Source: Candidatus Saccharimonadota bacterium (GTDB lineage: Bacteria; Patescibacteriota; Saccharimonadia; Saccharimonadales; Saccharimonadaceae). Taken from it: a stretch of 64,000 bases of DNA. The position numbers and the translations under genes are program-made. Below the pieces are notes generated by a model. That model was not told where the DNA came from and ran no database searches. It saw only the letters and a list, made by a program, of their open reading frames with translations. Positions 59,869 to 64,000 of the stretch are shown one piece after another (position 1 is the first letter of the stretch; each line of letters starts with the position of its first letter). The stretch covers positions 24,935 through 88,934 of the forward strand of contig JAFWHE010000012.1 in the NCBI GenBank assembly GCA_017512045.1, read 5' to 3'.

Positions 59869-61251
59869 ATGGGAAAAAGATTCAATTATGAGTATGTCGT
59901 AATCGGCGGCGGTCTGGCTGGTATTACTGCTGCTATCCAATTAGCAGAGGCTGGGCGTAAGGTCGCAATTATAGAAAAAGACCATTTGGGTGGCAATAGT
60001 CTGTACTATCGAGATGTGCCGAGCAGTACGCTTTTTTTCCTTTCACATTTTTATTCTCGCACGATTAATGCCAGCAAACTTGGCTTTTCCTCTGCTAATC
60101 TTAAATACGATTATGCCACTTTTCTTAATCGGCGAGAAAAAGTAATTAGCCAGATTAATGCTACGAAGAAAGAACTAGAAGATCGCAAGATTGCCGTCAT
60201 TAAAGGGCGCGCGCATTTTGTTGGTACTAATGACATTGTAGTTGATAGCTATAAAGGTAATTTAGAGATTTCTGCTAGTAAATTCATCATTGCTACTGGC
60301 ACAGAACTTGACACTGGCACAATTGGTGGTCTGGACGAAGTGCCGTATCTAACCCCAGCCAGTGCGCTTACTATTTCGCATCCGCCAAAGGCCGTCCTGA
60401 TTGTTGGCGGTGGTGCGACTGGCTGTGAAATCGCTCAATATTACGCAGAACTTGGTGCTAAGGTAGTGATTGTGGAATTATCGGATCGTATCTTGCCGCA
60501 TGAAGATGAAGATATTAGTAAAGTTATTAGTCAGTATTTAGAAAAACGTTGTGGAGTAAAAATTTTTACCAATACAAAGGTAGTAGCATTAGAAAAAGAT
60601 AAAATTGCCACTCGTGCGGTATTTCTAAAAAACGGAGAAGAGAAGACTGTACGTGTAGGGAGTGTAGTGTTGGCGACTGGCCAGAAACCATTCGTAGATA
60701 TTGGTCTAAAAAATGCTGGAGTAAGCTATGACAAAAAGGGAATTATTGTAGACCGCACACTCCAGACTAGTGCACGTCATATCTTTGCTATTGGTGGAGC
60801 AATAGACAGTAAACGCTCTAGCGAGAAGTCTGCTTATACTGGTGAAGTTGCTGTGATGAATATGCTAGATCGTAACAAAACTTTTGTAAATTATGATGGT
60901 TTTATGCGTTGTATTGATACTGATCCGAGCATAGCTGTGGTCGGACTAACAGAGGATGACCTCATGAAGCGTAATCGCAAATATCGTAAAGCTCTAGTTC
61001 CACTTTCTGCTACGACAGCAGCCATTATCCGAAACTATAAATTCGGTTTCCTAAAACTATTAGCTGATAGTCAGGGTAAAATCCTCGGCGCAGCGATGGT
61101 TGGTCCAAACGCCTCAGAAGTGCTGCAAGAGGTGGCACTGGCGATGCGGCATGGTTTACCACTGATTCAGGTTGCTAGCACACCACACCGCGCAAATGAT
61201 TGGAATAACATTGTGAAAATCGCCGCCAGAAAATTATTGACAAAACGGTAA
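59869..61251 (+). CDS. Class I pyridine nucleotide-disulfide oxidoreductase (LpdA/MerA/Gor family) lacking the redox CxxxxC
   Basis: GGGLAG (FAD), GGGATGCE (NAD), TSARHIFAIG; GGNSLYYRDVPS where GGxCxxxGCxP is expected. Confidence 0.85.
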   Translation: MGKRFNYEYVVIGGGLAGITAAIQLAEAGRKVAIIEKDHLGGNSLYYRDVPSSTLFFLSHFYSRTINASKLGFSSANLKYDYATFLNRREKVISQINATKKELEDRKIAVIKGRAHFVGTNDIVVDSYKGNLEISASKFIIATGTELDTGTIGGLDEVPYLTPASALTISHPPKAVLIVGGGATGCEIAQYYAELGAKVVIVELSDRILPHEDEDISKVISQYLEKRCGVKIFTNTKVVALEKDKIATRAVFLKNGEEKTVRVGSVVLATGQKPFVDIGLKNAGVSYDKKGIIVDRTLQTSARHIFAIGGAIDSKRSSEKSAYTGEVAVMNMLDRNKTFVNYDGFMRCIDTDPSIAVVGLTEDDLMKRNRKYRKALVPLSATTAAIIRNYKFGFLKLLADSQGKILGAAMVGPNASEVLQEVALAMRHGLPLIQVASTPHRANDWNNIVKIAARKLLTKR

Positions 61252-61276
61252 AATCTGATAATATAGATGTATACGT

Positions 61277-61357
61277 CGCGGGGTAGAGCAGCCTAGTAGC
61301 TCTCACTTTGTGACAGCTCATGAGCCAAACGAGGCTCGGAGAGCATTAGCAGAATAT
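61277..61357 (+). pseudogene. Scrambled partial tandem copy of tRNA-fMet
   Basis: 61277-61302 matches the first 26 nt of the tRNA at 25/26; the remainder is rearranged and cannot form a cloverleaf. Confidence 0.7.
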
Positions 61358-61434
61358 CGCGGGGTAGAGCAGCCTGGTAGCTCGTTTGGCTCATAACCAA
61401 AAGGTCGTTAGTTCAAATCTAACCCCCGCCACCA
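61358..61434 (+). tRNA. Initiator tRNA-fMet (CAT) with a non-canonical anticodon stem
   Basis: CGCGGGG start, C1 mismatch, A11:U24, TTCAAAT T-loop, encoded CCA; anticodon stem TTTGG/CCAAA. Confidence 0.93.
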
Positions 61435-61458
61435 AGTTTTCTAAGTTCTAGAAAGCAG

Positions 61459-61497
61459 AAATGAGGTCACTTGTCCCCCCATAGTGGCCTCATTTTT
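61459..61497. terminator. Bidirectional terminator
   Basis: AAATGAGGTCACT-11 nt-AGTGGCCTCATTT followed by TT; between the tRNA and a convergent gene. Confidence 0.75.
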
Positions 61498-61500
61498 GTT

Positions 61501-62190
61501 TTATCCTTTAATAACTTTAAATGCCAATATGAATAGTGCGAGTACGAAGAACCCTATTCCAGAAATAACACGTAGGAATGTTTTGTTTTTTACACGCCAG
61601 CGCTGGATATCTACGGTGGTTTCTCCCCTCCTCACTGCTAGGCGTAGGATAATAAACGGCAGAACGGACAACGCAGTATAGATAATGAGTGCTAGAATTT
61701 GTAAGGCTTCCGGCAAGGAAATAATGCTGTTAGCGACAACCGTCACTAACACAAAAGTAAAAGGTGCTTCCGCAAAACAAGCCAACATTCCTAGTCCAAA
61801 TGCCTCTGTGTTACTATCAGTGATTTTGGCACGGCGATCAATGTATTTAGCAATGGATTTTGGTAGCCAAAGCTCTGTGCTTTTTCCCCAACGATAGTAA
61901 AATGTCCAAACACTCACTGCAAGTGCGGCCAGTATGATTGCTACTATTGTTAGCATGGCAGGATTCATTGGGCCTTGGAAGATTAAATCTATAACAAAGC
62001 ACATTGCCGCTACTGCTAACCCAGTTAACAGAGCGTTACCCAGGATATAATTAGTCACTAATTCACGCGTTTTCTTGCGGACATGTTTGCCAAGGCTAGC
62101 ATGATAAAGTAGAAGCAACGCGCCAATGCCGAGTTGTAGACTGGCATGGATTACTCCAGCTAATATTACAATAAACATATCCGGTTTCAT
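61501..62190 (-). CDS. Polytopic membrane hypothetical protein
   Basis: About six TM helices; start at ATG 62190, 6 nt after TGcTATAAT. Confidence 0.75.
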   Translation of the reverse strand: MKPDMFIVILAGVIHASLQLGIGALLLLYHASLGKHVRKKTRELVTNYILGNALLTGLAVAAMCFVIDLIFQGPMNPAMLTIVAIILAALAVSVWTFYYRWGKSTELWLPKSIAKYIDRRAKITDSNTEAFGLGMLACFAEAPFTFVLVTVVANSIISLPEALQILALIIYTALSVLPFIILRLAVRRGETTVDIQRWRVKNKTFLRVISGIGFFVLALFILAFKVIKG

Positions 62191-62270
62191 AAGATAATTA
62201 TAGCACATTTTCTTAATTTTCTTTCACGCTTATGCTTGCATTGAAAATAATGAGCGTGTAGAGTGGAAAT

Positions 62271-63938
62271 ATGTGCAACTTAAAATCAGCGGTAAAAGCA
62301 ATATTCATTCTACCAGTGATATTGGTTTTGGGTACAGCTAGCATATCGAATGTGGCCAACCTCTCCGGAGGACATCATATGTCTAGCACCCTCGGTGGCA
62401 TGTTGTCTGGCATGTCTACCTTACAAACCTTAACGTTGGAGGATGATTTCGCTGTGGTTTCCTCTAGCGCAGACGACGACACAGCGGAAATTGTGCCAGC
62501 GAGTAGTAATACTATCACGATTCGGGCGATTAACCCTGGTTATAATACAGATGTTGGGAAAAATACTGGTGAGCTGATTGAACTTGAAAAATTAACAGAA
62601 AATGAAGTGGATTTGAGCCAGGTGGCAATTGTTTATACTGCTAAATCTACGACGACTGGTGGAACTGGAAAATCTACAGTACTCTATGCTTTCCCGGATG
62701 GTAGTAGGATGGTAGGGAAGTCTGTTTTGCTACGTTATTTGGAATCTCCAGAAGTATCAGTTCCACTTGCCGATTCTGGTGATTTTTCCACGGTGGCTGA
62801 CCTTACTTATGATACATCCATCGCAATGTATGGAACTTTATCCTTAACACGAGCGGATGACGTAATCAGTTCCGTCTGCTGGTTGGGCGGAAATGATTGT
62901 TTACCGTATTTTTCTACTACAGTGAAATCTCGTTCCTACACTACGATTCTACGTAATTCAGAAACTGGCGAATATCAACACGTGAACGATCCAGAATTAC
63001 TATTCGTGCCAGGAGAGAGCGGATTGTATTTACCACGTGATAATTTCGATAATTATGGTACTGATGAGAATAGCGCTAGTTCTAGTATTGACAGTTCTAA
63101 TGATTCTGGTAGTGATGCAAATCCTGCTACGTCGCCTTGCTATGGGCTAATTTTCTCGGAAATCTTAAGTTATTATGATGACGACCCAGCAGAGCAATTT
63201 ATTGAACTTTATAATTCTACTAGCCAGGAGATTTTGATTTCCGAATGTTTGGTCCGATATAAGAATAAGACTTATTCTATTGTACTTGAGCCAACAATTT
63301 TGTCGCCAGATATGTACTATGTTTTACACCCGCACCCTACTTTTCGTCTGACAAAAAATCCGGCCACAGAGAATCTATTAGAAATTACTGATAAATCTGG
63401 CACCGTAGTATCATCGCTTTCCTATCCACATGGCCAGAAAAAGTCTACCTCATACGCTTTGATTGGTTATAATGGCGATGGCAGCCAGAATTGGCAGATT
63501 ACTTATATCCCTACACCTGGTGCAGAAAATGTATCACAAGAGTTCAAAATTTGTCCAGCTGGTAAAGTACTCAATGAAGCGACTGGTAATTGTGTCAATG
63601 CGTCTACGCTTTCTAGTATCCTCAAAGATTGTGGAGAAGGGAAATATCGCAACCCAGAAACCGGACGGTGTAAATCCTACAAAGATACTGACGAGACCAC
63701 CCCCTGCAAGGATGGTTATGAACGCAATCCAGAAACTAATCGTTGTCGCAAAGTCAAAGAAAATAATGGCGCGGATTACCCAGTAGTGCCAATCACTAGC
63801 GTGGAAGAACAGAGTACATTTATCGCTTTGTGGGCTTTGGCTGGGGTTGGCGCAATCGGTGCAGGCTATATCATTTTCCAATTTCGTAAGGAGATTTGGT
63901 ATTTTTTCCGGCGAATATTTGGAATGATTAGAAAATAG
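62271..63938 (+). CDS. Surface protein with lamin-tail-like domains, three Cys minirepeats and a C-terminal TM anchor
   Basis: ITIRAINPG...ELIEL and LIFSEIL...EQFIELYN (LTD-like); CxxGxxRNPxTxRC repeats; C-terminal TM plus basic tail. Confidence 0.75.
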   Translation: MCNLKSAVKAIFILPVILVLGTASISNVANLSGGHHMSSTLGGMLSGMSTLQTLTLEDDFAVVSSSADDDTAEIVPASSNTITIRAINPGYNTDVGKNTGELIELEKLTENEVDLSQVAIVYTAKSTTTGGTGKSTVLYAFPDGSRMVGKSVLLRYLESPEVSVPLADSGDFSTVADLTYDTSIAMYGTLSLTRADDVISSVCWLGGNDCLPYFSTTVKSRSYTTILRNSETGEYQHVNDPELLFVPGESGLYLPRDNFDNYGTDENSASSSIDSSNDSGSDANPATSPCYGLIFSEILSYYDDDPAEQFIELYNSTSQEILISECLVRYKNKTYSIVLEPTILSPDMYYVLHPHPTFRLTKNPATENLLEITDKSGTVVSSLSYPHGQKKSTSYALIGYNGDGSQNWQITYIPTPGAENVSQEFKICPAGKVLNEATGNCVNASTLSSILKDCGEGKYRNPETGRCKSYKDTDETTPCKDGYERNPETNRCRKVKENNGADYPVVPITSVEEQSTFIALWALAGVGAIGAGYIIFQFRKEIWYFFRRIFGMIRK

Positions 63939-63944
63939 TACGTA

Positions 63945-63976
63945 AAAAAGACACCTATAATTTTAGGTGTCTTTTT
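63945..63976 (+). terminator. Intrinsic terminator
   Basis: AAAAAGACACCTA-TAATTT-TAGGTGTCTTTTT. Confidence 0.85.
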
Positions 63977-64000
63977 GTAGTGAGCGCGTAGTTTATTTAT

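Noticed and set aside
49907-61434. Prophage or genomic island bounded by the two CAT tRNAs
   Set aside because: No integrase, no duplicated tRNA 3' end (att), and the contents look like core cell-division and pilus genes.
1111-63881. Numerous 60-165-aa antisense or alternate-frame ORFs in the track
   Set aside because: They lie wholly within confidently assigned genes and have no motifs or expression signals; treated as shadow ORFs.
1-64000. Alternative genetic code (UGA recoding as in Gracilibacteria/Absconditabacteria)
   Set aside because: Long conserved genes translate intact with code 11 and use TGG for Trp; TGA serves as a normal stop in ATGA overlaps.

Overview
Bacterial chromosomal window (genetic code 11) spanning the replication origin. 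The gene content fits Candidatus Saccharibacteria (Patescibacteria/CPR): a VirB4-type locus abutting recF, large minor pilins with a non-canonical tip protein, and many small membrane hypotheticals. That taxonomy is inference, not a database result. Left to right: (1) 1-7.6 kb, the end of a VirB4-like ATPase, an 898-aa membrane protein and two tandem [peptidoglycan hydrolase + membrane-anchored partner] modules. (2) 7.6-17.2 kb, recF-dnaN-oriC-dnaA / rpmH-(inserted heterodimeric ABC exporter)-rnpA-yidC-jag, with a clear DnaA-box + DnaA-trio unwinding site. (3) 17.2-25 kb, a 94-bp inverted-repeat element, an LCP protein, a LexA-N/SufS-like/DsbA-like trio, a methyltransferase and an LGFP-repeat lysozyme-like protein. 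(4) 25-46 kb, a rhamnose-rich surface-glycan locus (rmlA, frameshifted rmlC, rmlB, rmlD, wzm/wzt, galE, GTs, priming transferase, WaaL-like protein, GtrA). (5) 46-64 kb, murC, small genes, tRNA-Ile2, a DivIC/FtsB-like gene, an 8.4-kb type IV pilus tip/minor-pilin operon, a flavoprotein lacking its redox cysteines, an atypical tRNA-fMet preceded by a scrambled partial copy, and a lamin-tail surface protein. At least 13 genes have a -10 hexamer exactly 6-7 nt before the ATG, implying widespread leaderless mRNAs. No integrase, transposase, phage gene, rRNA or CRISPR array was seen. All family assignments come from motif recognition by eye.
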